Assembly: GCA_026195895.1 (NCBI GenBank)
Contig: JAPHRO010000019.1
Coordinates: 85,354 to 149,353 of the forward strand
Length of the DNA: 64,000 nucleotides
Direction of reading: 5' to 3'
Origin: Gammaproteobacteria bacterium
GTDB taxonomy: Bacteria; Pseudomonadota; Gammaproteobacteria; SZUA-229
Below, piece after piece: positions 37,415-47,089 of this stretch. The translations under genes were made by a program, and so were the position numbers. Position 1 is the stretch's first letter. Every line of letters begins with the position of its first letter. The notes under the pieces are model-generated. The model was not told where the DNA came from, did no database searches, and worked only from the letters and a program-made list of their open reading frames with translations.

Positions 37415-37794
37415 AAATAGATCCCCGCAGCAATGATAATCATTGCAATAATTTCTGCTGCGAACACCAGCCATGCAGTTTTACATGACTGTTCTTTATC
37501 CAGACCAATATCAAAATCAATGAGTAAAAAACGTATGCCGGCAAACAAATGGTGTAGTAAAGACCAGATAAGAACGATTAAAACTAATTGGGAAAAGGGT
37601 TGCGCTAGAATCTCACTCGCTCGACTGAAACCCTGTTCACCCTGTAGCGATAAATCCAGTAAATATGCTGTAGCCGGGATGGCCAGAAACATCAGTACGC
37701 CGGAAACTCGATGAAAGATGGAAACCACGCCCGGAACTGGTAAACGTATTTTAAGCAAATTCAGATAAAAAGGTCGGGTATCGTGAACCGCCAT
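37411..37794 (-). CDS. sdhC: Succinate dehydrogenase cytochrome b556 subunit
   Basis: 127 aa. RPFYLNLLKIRLPVPGVVSIFHRVSGV carries the heme-ligand His context. Confidence 0.85.
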   Translation of the reverse strand: MAVHDTRPFYLNLLKIRLPVPGVVSIFHRVSGVLMFLAIPATAYLLDLSLQGEQGFSRASEILAQPFSQLVLIVLIWSLLHHLFAGIRFLLIDFDIGLDKEQSCKTAWLVFAAEIIAMIIIAAGIYL

Positions 37795-37969
37795 TGAGCA
37801 TTTCCCTGGGGTAAATTAGCTGTCAGATTTATAGTTTTTCTCGTTGCCCTTATTGTAGAACAATATCAAACTTCTGCAGTCAGAATTAAGCCCTCTATTT
37901 TGTATGCTGACAACAGGTGGTGGGTTGGCTAATATCAACATTACAAGATATATATCACAGGTGAGATTT

Positions 37970-39022
37970 ATGAAACCCGAATGGCTGGATTTTTTAACCA
38001 ATGCAGGCGCAGAAATAACTGATTACACCGTTAACAGTTTTGGCAATCCCGAACGTGAGCGGCAGGTAACAAAAACCGGTCTGATTATTTGCGACCTGAG
38101 CCATCTGGGACTGATATCGGTTTATGGTGATGATGCAGCCACTTTCCTGCAGGGTCAGCTGACCAATGATATCCGTGATGTCAGCCTGCAACACAGTCAA
38201 CTCAGTGCCTATTGCACACCTAAGGGCCGGATGTTATCGAATTTCCGAATTTTCAAACGAGAAGACACCTATTACCTGCGCCTGCCAAGAGAACAGCTTG
38301 AAACAAGCTTAAAACGTATTCATATGTTTGTACTGATGTCCAAAGCAACGCTCGAAGACAGCAGCGATGCACTGGTACATATTGGCGTATCCGGCCAAAA
38401 TGCGGAAGAACATCTGGCAGGCATGATTCCTGATCTGCCAAAAAACATTGATGATGTCACCCAATGTAAAGGCTACACGGTCATACGGCTGGCAGGCCCG
38501 CATGCTCGATTTGAAATTTATGGTGAACTCGAACCCATGCAGGCTCTCTGGAATCATCTCGACGTGCATGCGGCACCGGTCGGCGCAGGTCCCTGGGAAA
38601 TGCTCGACATACTGGCAGGAACACCCACTATTTATCCCGCCACGGCTGAAGCCTTTGTTCCTCAGATGGCAAACATGCAATTAGTCAACGGCGTTAACTT
38701 CCAGAAAGGCTGCTATACCGGACAGGAAGTCGTTGCCCGTATGCAATACCTGGGCAAATTAAAACGCCGCATGTTCCTGGTGCATATAGATACCAATGAA
38801 ACGATCAATCCGGGCGATGGGCTATTTTCCGCTGATTCAACTTCTGGCCAGGGCACGGGCACCATTGTATCGGCTCAGCCAAATCCCGACGGTGGCGCCA
38901 TAGCCCTCGCCGTTATTAATATCAGCGATGCTGAAGCGGGTCAGATAAAACTGGTCGACGCAAATGGCCCGATCGTCCAGATAAAAGAATTACCCTATGC
39001 TTTTGAAAGTTCGGCGGACTAA
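37970..39022 (+). CDS. ygfZ: Folate-binding Fe-S cluster repair protein YgfZ
   Basis: KGCYTGQEVVARMQYLGKLKRR is the signature motif. Start set at ATG 37970 (MKPEWLDF), preceded by AGGTGAG. Confidence 0.8.
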   Translation: MKPEWLDFLTNAGAEITDYTVNSFGNPERERQVTKTGLIICDLSHLGLISVYGDDAATFLQGQLTNDIRDVSLQHSQLSAYCTPKGRMLSNFRIFKREDTYYLRLPREQLETSLKRIHMFVLMSKATLEDSSDALVHIGVSGQNAEEHLAGMIPDLPKNIDDVTQCKGYTVIRLAGPHARFEIYGELEPMQALWNHLDVHAAPVGAGPWEMLDILAGTPTIYPATAEAFVPQMANMQLVNGVNFQKGCYTGQEVVARMQYLGKLKRRMFLVHIDTNETINPGDGLFSADSTSGQGTGTIVSAQPNPDGGAIALAVINISDAEAGQIKLVDANGPIVQIKELPYAFESSAD

Positions 39023-39069
39023 GTCCTGAATTATTGACTACACTCATGGCAAACAATGAAAAATTTTCC

Positions 39070-39912
39070 ATGAGTGATAAAGCGCAACAATTCTATAATC
39101 AACTGCGTAAAGCGGTTGAAACTGACCAGCTAACTTTACCGACACTTCCCGAAGTGGCCATAAAAATTCGGGAAGCCGTCGATAGCCAGGACAATTCAGC
39201 CGAACAAATGGCCGAGATTCTTAGCCAGGATCCCTCTATTTCTACCCGTCTGTTACAACTAGCTAACAGCCCGCTATATCGGGCCCGAGCTGAAATCGAC
39301 AGCATTCAGATGGCTATCACCCGTCTGGGAACCCGTGTCGTCAGGGATCTTGTACTGACACTGGCGCTACGCCAGATTTACCAGACCAGCTCAGACAGCC
39401 TGACCAGACAGTTTAAAGAACTGTGGCTAACCAGCGTCGAAGTCGCCGCCATCTGTCGCCTGCTAGCCAGCCAGCAGCAAGGACTGGAAGCAGAACAGGC
39501 ATTACTGGCGGGATTAATTCATAACATCGGCGCCCTGCCGATAATACAACTGGCCGATAAAGATCCCGACCTGGTCAATAACGCAAACGAACTGCAATCA
39601 ATCATCTGCGAAATACAGAACGAGGTCGGAAACCTGATCCTGAGTTTCTGGAACCTGCCAGCCCATCTTATCAATGTGGTTTCTATGTGGAATAATTTTT
39701 CACGCTGCCATGAAGGCGATGCCGACTATGTGGATATTGTGCAAGCGGCAATTGCACAAAGTGGGCATACCAGTTATGCCAACATCCCGGGGGACTGGAG
39801 TCAAATTCCAGCCTTCGACAAACTGAGCCTGGATACTAATATTAATTTTATTGAAAGTGATGAAAATAAAATCAGGATTGATAAAACTCGTCAGTCTTTG
39901 ATTAGCATATAA
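39070..39912 (+). CDS. Stand-alone HDOD domain protein, paralogue 1
   Basis: 280 aa with LPTLPEVAIKIREAV, QMAITRLG and LLAGLIHNIGALPI. Start chosen by alignment with paralogues 2 and 3. ATG 39046 is also possible. The TTG at 39034 is unlikely. Confidence 0.8.
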   Translation: MSDKAQQFYNQLRKAVETDQLTLPTLPEVAIKIREAVDSQDNSAEQMAEILSQDPSISTRLLQLANSPLYRARAEIDSIQMAITRLGTRVVRDLVLTLALRQIYQTSSDSLTRQFKELWLTSVEVAAICRLLASQQQGLEAEQALLAGLIHNIGALPIIQLADKDPDLVNNANELQSIICEIQNEVGNLILSFWNLPAHLINVVSMWNNFSRCHEGDADYVDIVQAAIAQSGHTSYANIPGDWSQIPAFDKLSLDTNINFIESDENKIRIDKTRQSLISI

Positions 39913-39927
39913 CGCCAGCGAAAATAT

Positions 39928-40764
39928 ATGCAGGAAAAAATCGAAAAATTTTTTCAACAGGTAAAACAGGCGGTCGCTACCGAACGCCTACTATTGCCTT
40001 CTTTACCGGATACAGCACTGCGCATAAAAGAAGAATGTGAAAAAGAAGCAACGTCTTCGCAGAATATTGCTGACGTTTTATCACAGGACCCTGCATTATC
40101 GGTTCGCTTGTTACAGGTGGCGAATAGTTCCTTATATCGTACCCGCACACCGACAGAAAACATCCAGATGGCCATTACCCGACTGGGACTTAGACTGGTA
40201 AAAGACATTATTATCAGTTTAGCAATGAAACAACTGTATCAGGCCAGCACAGATGTTTTGCAGGAACGTTTCCGCGAACTGTGGTTATCCAGTGTTAAAA
40301 CAGCGGCCATGAGTCGTATGCTGGCTACCCGCTGTGATCATCTTGATGCTGAACAGGCCATGCTGGCAGGTCTAACCCATAACATCGGCGCCCTGCCTAT
40401 ATTACTCATGGCTGAAGATGACGACGATTTATTTGAAAGCCCGGATGCCCTGTTCCATGTAATAAAAAAACTGCAGGGTGAAGTAGGCGCTTACATTTTC
40501 AAAGCCTGGCGCTTTCCAGAATACATGATCGACGTAGCCAACGAGTGTTATCACTTCCGACGTCATCATGCAGGCCCAGCCGATTACGTTGATATCGTAC
40601 AGGTCGCACTCATTGAAGGCAGTATTTACTCTGGGCTGGAATGCCCTGAAGACTGGTCAACGGTAGCTGCTTTTGAACAACTGGGTATAGACACCGATGC
40701 TAATATGCTGGAAATTGAGGAAAATAAACTGATCTTTGAAGAAACACAGTCACTGTTTAAATAA
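39928..40764 (+). CDS. Stand-alone HDOD domain protein, paralogue 2
   Basis: 278 aa with LPSLPDTALRIKE, QMAITRLG and MLAGLTHNIGALPI. Begins 15 nt after paralogue 1. Confidence 0.85.
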   Translation: MQEKIEKFFQQVKQAVATERLLLPSLPDTALRIKEECEKEATSSQNIADVLSQDPALSVRLLQVANSSLYRTRTPTENIQMAITRLGLRLVKDIIISLAMKQLYQASTDVLQERFRELWLSSVKTAAMSRMLATRCDHLDAEQAMLAGLTHNIGALPILLMAEDDDDLFESPDALFHVIKKLQGEVGAYIFKAWRFPEYMIDVANECYHFRRHHAGPADYVDIVQVALIEGSIYSGLECPEDWSTVAAFEQLGIDTDANMLEIEENKLIFEETQSLFK

Positions 40765-40794
40765 GCAGCTATACTCTAAAAAAACGATGCACAG

Positions 40795-40816
40795 GCGATG
40801 ATTCATACATCGCTTT
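40795..40816 (+). terminator. Small hairpin between HDOD paralogues 2 and 3 (possible attenuator)
   Basis: gcgatg-attcata-catcgc followed by ttt. Confidence 0.3.
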
Positions 40817-40845
40817 GCTAATAAAAAATACTATCGGAAATACAC

Positions 40846-41685
40846 ATGAGCATAAAAGGCGAACAATTTTACAGCGAACTTAAACAGGCTGTTGAATCTG
40901 ATCAACTGGTATTACCCACGCTTCCTGAAGTCGCATTAAAAATCAGAGAAGCTGTTGAAAGCGAAAACTCCTCGGCACAGCAAATTGCCGAAACGCTGAC
41001 CCAGGATGCATCACTGTCAGCCCGACTAATACAGGTTTCCAATAGTCCACTATATCGTTCCAGAACACCCATTGACGATTTGCAAATGGCGGTCACGCGA
41101 TTGGGCATTCGTATGGTACGCGATCTGGTTATAAGTCTGGCCATGAAACAGATATACCAGGCCACATCCGATGTACTCGATGAGCATTTCCGCAACTGCT
41201 GGAATACCGCCGTGGAAGTTGCTGCCATATGTCGCATGCTCGCAACCACGGTACCCGGCATCAATCCTGAACAGGCGCTGCTGGCTGGATTAATTCACAA
41301 CATTGGCTCTCTGCCTATTCTGGTGATGGCAGAAGACGATGATGATTTATTTCAAAACTCAGAGGCGCTGGGCGAAATTATCTGGGAACTACAAAGCGAA
41401 GTGGGCCAACTGATATTAAAAACCTGGAACTTTGCCGATTCGATGACCGAAGTTGTTAAAAACTGTTATGACTTCAGCTATGACCATGAAGGTGGTGCCA
41501 CGCTGAACGATATTGTTCAGGTTGCGCTGTTACAGGGTGGACATATACCCGAAGCCCATGCACCTGCTGACTGGGGTACCGTACCGGCCTTTGCAAAACT
41601 GGGAATGGACTTCGATGTCAATGTGGTTGAAATAGAAGAAAACAAGGAAATCATTGAAAACACCAAGCAATCTTTAATGATCTAA
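40846..41685 (+). CDS. Stand-alone HDOD domain protein, paralogue 3
   Basis: 279 aa with LPTLPEVALKIREAV, QMAVTRLG and LLAGLIHNIGSLPI. Confidence 0.85.
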   Translation: MSIKGEQFYSELKQAVESDQLVLPTLPEVALKIREAVESENSSAQQIAETLTQDASLSARLIQVSNSPLYRSRTPIDDLQMAVTRLGIRMVRDLVISLAMKQIYQATSDVLDEHFRNCWNTAVEVAAICRMLATTVPGINPEQALLAGLIHNIGSLPILVMAEDDDDLFQNSEALGEIIWELQSEVGQLILKTWNFADSMTEVVKNCYDFSYDHEGGATLNDIVQVALLQGGHIPEAHAPADWGTVPAFAKLGMDFDVNVVEIEENKEIIENTKQSLMI

Positions 41686-41691
41686 TCATTG

Positions 41692-41733
41692 AAAAAGAAA
41701 ACGCAGACTTTTAGCTTTGCGTTTTCTTTTTTT
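41692..41733. terminator. Bidirectional Rho-independent terminator (HDOD array / lysS)
   Basis: agaaaacgc...gcgttttct forms a 9-bp stem, flanked by an A-rich 5' side and a T7 3' side. Confidence 0.8.
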
Positions 41734-41737
41734 AATC

Positions 41738-43255
41738 TTAAACAACTTCTACTCGCATATGCGGGAACAAAATCACATCACGAATAGATGGTGAATCCGT
41801 AAACAGCATCACCAGACGATCTATACCTATACCCTCGCCCGCAGTTGGCGGCAAGCCATGTTCCAGGGCTCGAATATAGTCGGCATCATAATGCATTGCC
41901 TCATCATCACCCGCATCTTTTTCTGCCACCTGTTGTTTAAAGCGTTCAGCCTGATCTTCCGCATCATTCAATTCTGAAAAACCATTCGCGATTTCACGAC
42001 CACCCACAAAAAGCTCAAACCGATCGGTAACAAAATCGTTATCATCATTACGCCGCGCCAGCGGTGAAACTTCCCTTGGGTATTCAGTAATAAAAGTTGG
42101 GTTCATTAAACGATGCTCAACCGTTTTTTCAAAAATTTCTATCTGGACTTTACCCAGACCGTATGAATCTTTTAACGGTATATCCAGACTCTCGGCAATT
42201 TTTCTGGCACCATCGAGATTACTTAAATCTTCTGCTTTAATATCGGGATTAAAATGCAGGATAGAATCAAACACGGACATGCGCGCAAACTTGCTGCCAA
42301 AATCATAGGTGTCGCCCTGATACTCTATCTGACTTTTACCGATGACATCTTTAGCCAGACCATGCAGTAGTTCTTCTGTAATATCCATCAGATCATTATA
42401 GTCGGCATAAGACTGATAAAATTCGAGCATTGTGAATTCCGGATTATGGCGTGTTGATACACCTTCGTTACGGAAATTACGATTAATTTCAAACACTTTT
42501 TCAAAACCGCCAACAACCAGACGTTTTAAATATAACTCCGGTGCAATACGCATAAACATTGGCATATCCAGTGCATTATGGTGTGTTGCAAATGGACGTG
42601 CCGTGGCACCACCGGGGATAGCCTGCAACATCGGTGTTTCCACGTCCATGAATCCACGATCTTCAAAGAAACGGCGGATGTAAGAAATGATTTTCGAACG
42701 CATTTGAAATGTTTCTCTGACTTCCTGATTCATCACCAGATCAACGTAGCGCTGACGATAGCGCGTTTCCTGATCGGACAGGCCATGAAACTTTTCTGGC
42801 AGAGGGCGCAGGGATTTTGTTAACAAAAACACCTGATCAACTTTAATCGAAAGCTCACCCGTTTTGGTTTTAAACATAACGCCTTCGGCACCAATAATGT
42901 CACCCACGTCCCATTTTTTAAAACCTTCATTATAAACATTTTCGGGCAGGGAATCTCTTTGCAAAAACAACTGAATGCGACCCGTCATATCCTGTAACTG
43001 AGTAAAACTCGCCTTGCCCATAACACGTTTGGCCATCATGCGGCCGGCGACCTGTACACGAACTGCCAGCTCGTCCAGTTCCTCGGCAGATTTATCAGCG
43101 TATTCTGCATGCAATTCAGCCGCCAGAGAGTCACGACGAAAATCGTTGGGAAAGGCATTACCCAGTTCGCGTAGCGCCGTTAGTTTTTCACGACGCTGCG
43201 CAATGAGTTTGTTTTCATCTTGCAGAACTTCAGTATGGGTTTCTTTATCAGTCAT
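41738..43255 (-). CDS. lysS: Lysine--tRNA ligase (class II)
   Basis: 505 aa with an OB-fold N-domain, class II motifs ([14 protein letters not shown]), and a prfB-lysS arrangement. Confidence 0.95.
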   Translation of the reverse strand: MTDKETHTEVLQDENKLIAQRREKLTALRELGNAFPNDFRRDSLAAELHAEYADKSAEELDELAVRVQVAGRMMAKRVMGKASFTQLQDMTGRIQLFLQRDSLPENVYNEGFKKWDVGDIIGAEGVMFKTKTGELSIKVDQVFLLTKSLRPLPEKFHGLSDQETRYRQRYVDLVMNQEVRETFQMRSKIISYIRRFFEDRGFMDVETPMLQAIPGGATARPFATHHNALDMPMFMRIAPELYLKRLVVGGFEKVFEINRNFRNEGVSTRHNPEFTMLEFYQSYADYNDLMDITEELLHGLAKDVIGKSQIEYQGDTYDFGSKFARMSVFDSILHFNPDIKAEDLSNLDGARKIAESLDIPLKDSYGLGKVQIEIFEKTVEHRLMNPTFITEYPREVSPLARRNDDNDFVTDRFELFVGGREIANGFSELNDAEDQAERFKQQVAEKDAGDDEAMHYDADYIRALEHGLPPTAGEGIGIDRLVMLFTDSPSIRDVILFPHMRVEVV

Positions 43256-43288
43256 AGTATTAACTTGGTAAATTTAAAATAATTGCAG

Positions 43289-44387
43289 CTATAAGCCGCT
43301 CTTCAAACTGGCTTCGATAAACATGTCCAGGCCACCATCCAGCACCGCCTGAGTATTGCCAGTTTCCACATTGGTACGCAAATCTTTAATCCGCGATGCA
43401 TCCAGCACATAAGAACGTATCTGACTACCCCAGCCAATGTCAGACTTACTGTCTTCCAGGGTTTGTTGGTCGCCCTGACGTTTTTGCATTTCCAGCTCGT
43501 ACAGTTTTGCTTTCAACTGTTTCATGGCGCTGGCTTTATTCTTGTGCTGTGAACGATCATTCTGGCATTGCACCACCACGCCGGTGGGATTATGGGTAAT
43601 ACGCACCGCCGATTCTGTTTTATTGACATGCTGGCCGCCGGCACCCGATGCACGATAGACATCTATGCGTAGGTCTGCCGGATTAATATCAATATCGATG
43701 TCATCATCGACTTCTGGAGAAACAAACACAGCAGCAAAAGAGGTGTGACGTCGATTACCCGAATCGAAGGGTGATTTTCGAACCAGCCGATGCACACCCG
43801 ATTCGGTTCGTAGCCAGCCATAGGCGTATTCGCCTTCAAAATGAATGGTCGCACTTTTGATGCCGGCGACGTCACCCGCTGAGGCTTCGATTAATTCTGT
43901 TTTGAAACCATGAGCCTCACCCCAACGCAGATACATACGTAAAATCATTTCGGCCCAGTCCTGCGCTTCGGTGCCACCCGACCCCGACTGAATATCCAGA
44001 AATGCATTATTGGCATCCATTTCACCGGAGAACATGCGGCGGAATTCCAGATCAGCCACCGTTTTTTCCAGGCTGTCGAGATCAGCAATAACAGCCTCGA
44101 CGCTGTCTTCATCGTTTTCTTCCACGGCCATTGCCAGTAATTCACTGGCATCGGACAGACCGTTTTCCAGATTAACAATGGTTAAAACGATGGCTTCCAG
44201 GCGCGCACGATCCTGCCCCAGTTTCTGAGCGCGCTCAGGATCATTCCACACATCCGGTTGTTCTAGCTCTCGATTGACTTCATCGAGTTCTTCTTTGCGA
44301 AGATCGAAGTCAAAGATACCCCCTAAGCGCCTGGCCGCGCTGCTGGAGATCGGTAATTTTATTCTGGATAGGATTGATTTCTTGCAT
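43289..44387 (-). CDS. prfB: Peptide chain release factor 2 (requires programmed +1 frameshift at 44312-44310)
   Basis: Frame 0 (44387-44313) encodes [25 protein letters not shown], then TGA. The +1 frame (44311-43289) continues [12 protein letters not shown]... and contains the SPF and GGQHVN motifs. Confidence 0.93.
44309..44324 (-). promoter_or_regulatory. prfB: prfB recoding signal AGGGGGTATCTTTGAC
   Basis: An SD-like AGGGGG lies 3 nt before the slippery CTT-TGA-C, the canonical RF2 autoregulatory +1 frameshift site. Confidence 0.9.
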
Positions 44388-44470
44388 AGCGACGTGTGTT
44401 GTTAAATCGGTCGATATATTACCTTAATGGGCGAGTTAAGTCATACACCTAAACGTCTCTGTTAGAGTGT

Positions 44471-45166
44471 TTATTTGCGGTCTGCCGACTTTTGGGCCAC
44501 ATCATTGCGCAAGTACACGGGTATTGCCTGGGCGGCATCGACCGCTTCGCCATTTTTAAATCCTGCCACCGCCAGCCGGGCAATGGTTTTTGATTGCGGA
44601 TAATAATCTGGATAAATCCTGGTCACCGACGCTAAACGCTGTTGCAGGATTTTTCCATGAGCCTGCCAGCCGCTGCCCGCCCCACACCAGTCAAAACTGG
44701 CTGGCATGGCTACGTCTGCCGGGCTTAATACCGCTTCATCACCAACCAGTTGCATAAGGCCCTCGGCATTCAACTGATACTGCCCCCAATACACACCGCC
44801 CATGCGTGCATCGATGGCGCTCAATACATGCTGTGCCTGATGATCTTCGTACACAGCCTGGGCAATCGACGCCAGTGTAGAAACCGGAACGACAGGTATA
44901 TCTGCACCAAACGCCATGCCCTGGACTACGCCGGTGGCAATACGTACACCAGTGAAAGAGCCAGGGCCTCTACCAAATGCTAGCGCATCCAGTTGTTGTA
45001 CGGTGATTCCAGCTTTATTCAGCAAACCTTCTGCCTGCCGCAGAATCAGGCGTGTATGTTCACGCGGCGCCAACTGGAAATCCTGATATATTTCACCATC
45101 AATATATAAAGCTGCCGAGCAAGCTTCGGTGGCGGTATCCAGTGCTAATAGTTTCAATTTAGTCAT
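44471..45166 (-). CDS. tsaB: tRNA t6A37 biosynthesis protein TsaB
   Basis: LLALDTATEACSAAL and GPGSFTGVRIA motifs. Confidence 0.85.
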   Translation of the reverse strand: MTKLKLLALDTATEACSAALYIDGEIYQDFQLAPREHTRLILRQAEGLLNKAGITVQQLDALAFGRGPGSFTGVRIATGVVQGMAFGADIPVVPVSTLASIAQAVYEDHQAQHVLSAIDARMGGVYWGQYQLNAEGLMQLVGDEAVLSPADVAMPASFDWCGAGSGWQAHGKILQQRLASVTRIYPDYYPQSKTIARLAVAGFKNGEAVDAAQAIPVYLRNDVAQKSADRK

Positions 45167-45172
45167 GGTTAT

Positions 45173-47089
45173 TTATTTGAAATCAAAAAATTCTGTGGCA
45201 TTTTTCAAATCATGGGTGACCGGCATTTCAGGCAGGCTATTTAAAAATAATTTGCCGTAGCGTTTATTTATCAGGCGGGGATCGCCCAGCATTAACACAC
45301 CATAATCGGCGATGTCTCTGATCAGACGCCCGGCCCCCTGCTTCAGGGAAATTACCGCCTGAGGCAGTTGATAATCCATAAAAGGATTACCATCACTGCT
45401 TCGAATCGCATCCAGTCTGGCCTGCATTACCGGATCGCCCGGTGAGGCAAAGGGCAGCTTGTCGATTATGACGCAGCTTAACGCCTCGCCTCGAACATCG
45501 ACACCTTCCCAGAAACTTCCCGTCCCCAGCAGTATCGCATTACCCAGTTGTTTGAATTTATCCAGTAGCTGATGCTTAGGCAAGGTTCCCTGCACCAGAA
45601 TGGGATAATCCAGTTTTCGGTCTAAATAACGACGTGCTTCATTAAGCGCCCGGTAGCTGGTAAACAATAAAAATGCGCGCCCACCACTGGCCTCCAGCAA
45701 AGGTATCGCCTGGGCTAACAGTTTTTCCGTGTAATCAGGGCTGGAAGGTTCAGGCAAATTATCTGGGATATATAAAAGACTTTGCTGCTGATAATCAAAC
45801 GGACTCTGCCAGTTTCCCTGCTGATAATCCTGTAACCCAAGACTGTTGGCAAAATGACTGAAATCTTTACCCACCTCGAGTGTCGCCGAGGTGAATACCC
45901 AGCTACCTGTTAATGATTCGCGGTGATTACAAAACAGTCTGGCAACGTCTAGTGGCGTCAAATGCAATATAAAACCTTTGCTAAAAGTTTCATACCAGAA
46001 TATGTAAGCCTGTTCATCGTCTTCATCTCTGGTGCCATACGTCGCCAGCATCTGCTTTAAACTGCTACAGCGTACATAGCATTGCTCTAGCCCTTTACTG
46101 CGTTCGGCGGCGATTTCGAGAATCGCAGCTAATTCGTCCAGGCATTCCTCCAGGCGATGCCGCGCTTTCACCAGGCTGGGTTTATGGGTGATTTTTGCCC
46201 AGGCATCTCGCTGGTTATCCTGACCGAGGGCGAGTCGAAAATCCTGGGCGGCCTTTTTCAGTTCGTCCGCCGCATCACGAATCTCCACCATATCGGGCGC
46301 TTCCTGAACCTGCTCGGCGATGGCATCACTGATTAAATTATTAATCTGGCGACTACTGATACCCTTGCCAAAAAACCGTGCCGCGACTTCGGGAAGCTGA
46401 TGGGCTTCATCAATAATAAACGCTTCCGCGCTGGGTAACAGCTCGCCAAAGCCTTCCTCTTTTATCGCCATATCGGCGAGCAGCAAATGATGATTCACTA
46501 CCACCACATCGGCTTCCTGCGCCAATTTACGCGCTTTGGCAACAAAGCAGTCGGACCAGTCCGGACATTCGGCGCCAAGACAGTTATCCACCGTTGACGT
46601 CACCAGCGGCCAGACTCGGGCATCTTCGGTGATTTCTGACATCTCGGCAATATCGCCACTCTGGGTCGATTTACCCCAGGCTTTTATATGCTGAATCTGA
46701 ATGGCTGTTTCGGGTGTCAAGTAGCTCTGTTGACTGGATATTTTGAGTCGATGAGGGCATAGATAATTTGCCCGGCCTTTGAGTAAGGCAGTCGGTACGA
46801 TAATGTCGAGGGTATTCATTACTGTGGGCAAATCGCGGTGATACAGTTGATCCTGCAAGTGGCGCGTGCCGGTTGAAATAATTATTTTTTTACCCGATAA
46901 CAGAGCAGGAACCAGATAGGCAAACGTCTTGCCAATGCCGGTACCGGCTTCTGCTATCAGCACCTGTTTTTTTTCAAGCACTGCTTCAATGGCCTGGCTT
47001 AATCCCTGTTGCCCTGCTCGCGGCAGATAACCATCGATTGCTTTACTAAACGGCCCCGCTTCACCCAGTAACTCCGCAGATTGCATCAA
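45173..47089 (-). CDS. dinG: DinG/YoaA-family ATP-dependent DNA helicase (Fe-S, XPD-like)
   Basis: AGTGIGKTFAYL (Walker A), a four-Cys Fe-S insert (C..NCLGAECPDWSDC), the IIDEAHQL DEAH box, and C-terminal helicase motifs. Confidence 0.85.
   Translation of the reverse strand: MMQSAELLGEAGPFSKAIDGYLPRAGQQGLSQAIEAVLEKKQVLIAEAGTGIGKTFAYLVPALLSGKKIIISTGTRHLQDQLYHRDLPTVMNTLDIIVPTALLKGRANYLCPHRLKISSQQSYLTPETAIQIQHIKAWGKSTQSGDIAEMSEITEDARVWPLVTSTVDNCLGAECPDWSDCFVAKARKLAQEADVVVVNHHLLLADMAIKEEGFGELLPSAEAFIIDEAHQLPEVAARFFGKGISSRQINNLISDAIAEQVQEAPDMVEIRDAADELKKAAQDFRLALGQDNQRDAWAKITHKPSLVKARHRLEECLDELAAILEIAAERSKGLEQCYVRCSSLKQMLATYGTRDEDDEQAYIFWYETFSKGFILHLTPLDVARLFCNHRESLTGSWVFTSATLEVGKDFSHFANSLGLQDYQQGNWQSPFDYQQQSLLYIPDNLPEPSSPDYTEKLLAQAIPLLEASGGRAFLLFTSYRALNEARRYLDRKLDYPILVQGTLPKHQLLDKFKQLGNAILLGTGSFWEGVDVRGEALSCVIIDKLPFASPGDPVMQARLDAIRSSDGNPFMDYQLPQAVISLKQGAGRLIRDIADYGVLMLGDPRLINKRYGKLFLNSLPEMPVTHDLKNATEFFDFK

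Noticed and set aside
37415-37474. N-terminal extensions offered by the ORF track for sdhD (37415-37474), ygfZ (37904-37969) and HDOD-1 (TTG 39034).
   Set aside because: The sdhD extension overlaps sdhC by 64 nt, whereas ATG 37414 gives the classical ATGA coupling. ygfZ has AGGTGAG before ATG 37970. Paralogue alignment favours 39070 for HDOD-1 (39046 not excluded).
37853-37869. TTGTAgaacaatATCAA in the sdhC-ygfZ divergent region as an FNR/CRP-type site.
   Set aside because: The half-site spacing is wrong (7 nt versus 4 nt for the FNR consensus TTGAT-N4-ATCAA), and one half-site is degenerate.
43289-44387. prfB as a frameshifted pseudogene.
   Set aside because: The break coincides exactly with the canonical AGGGGG-N3-CTTTGAC programmed +1 frameshift signal, and both parts align with RF2.
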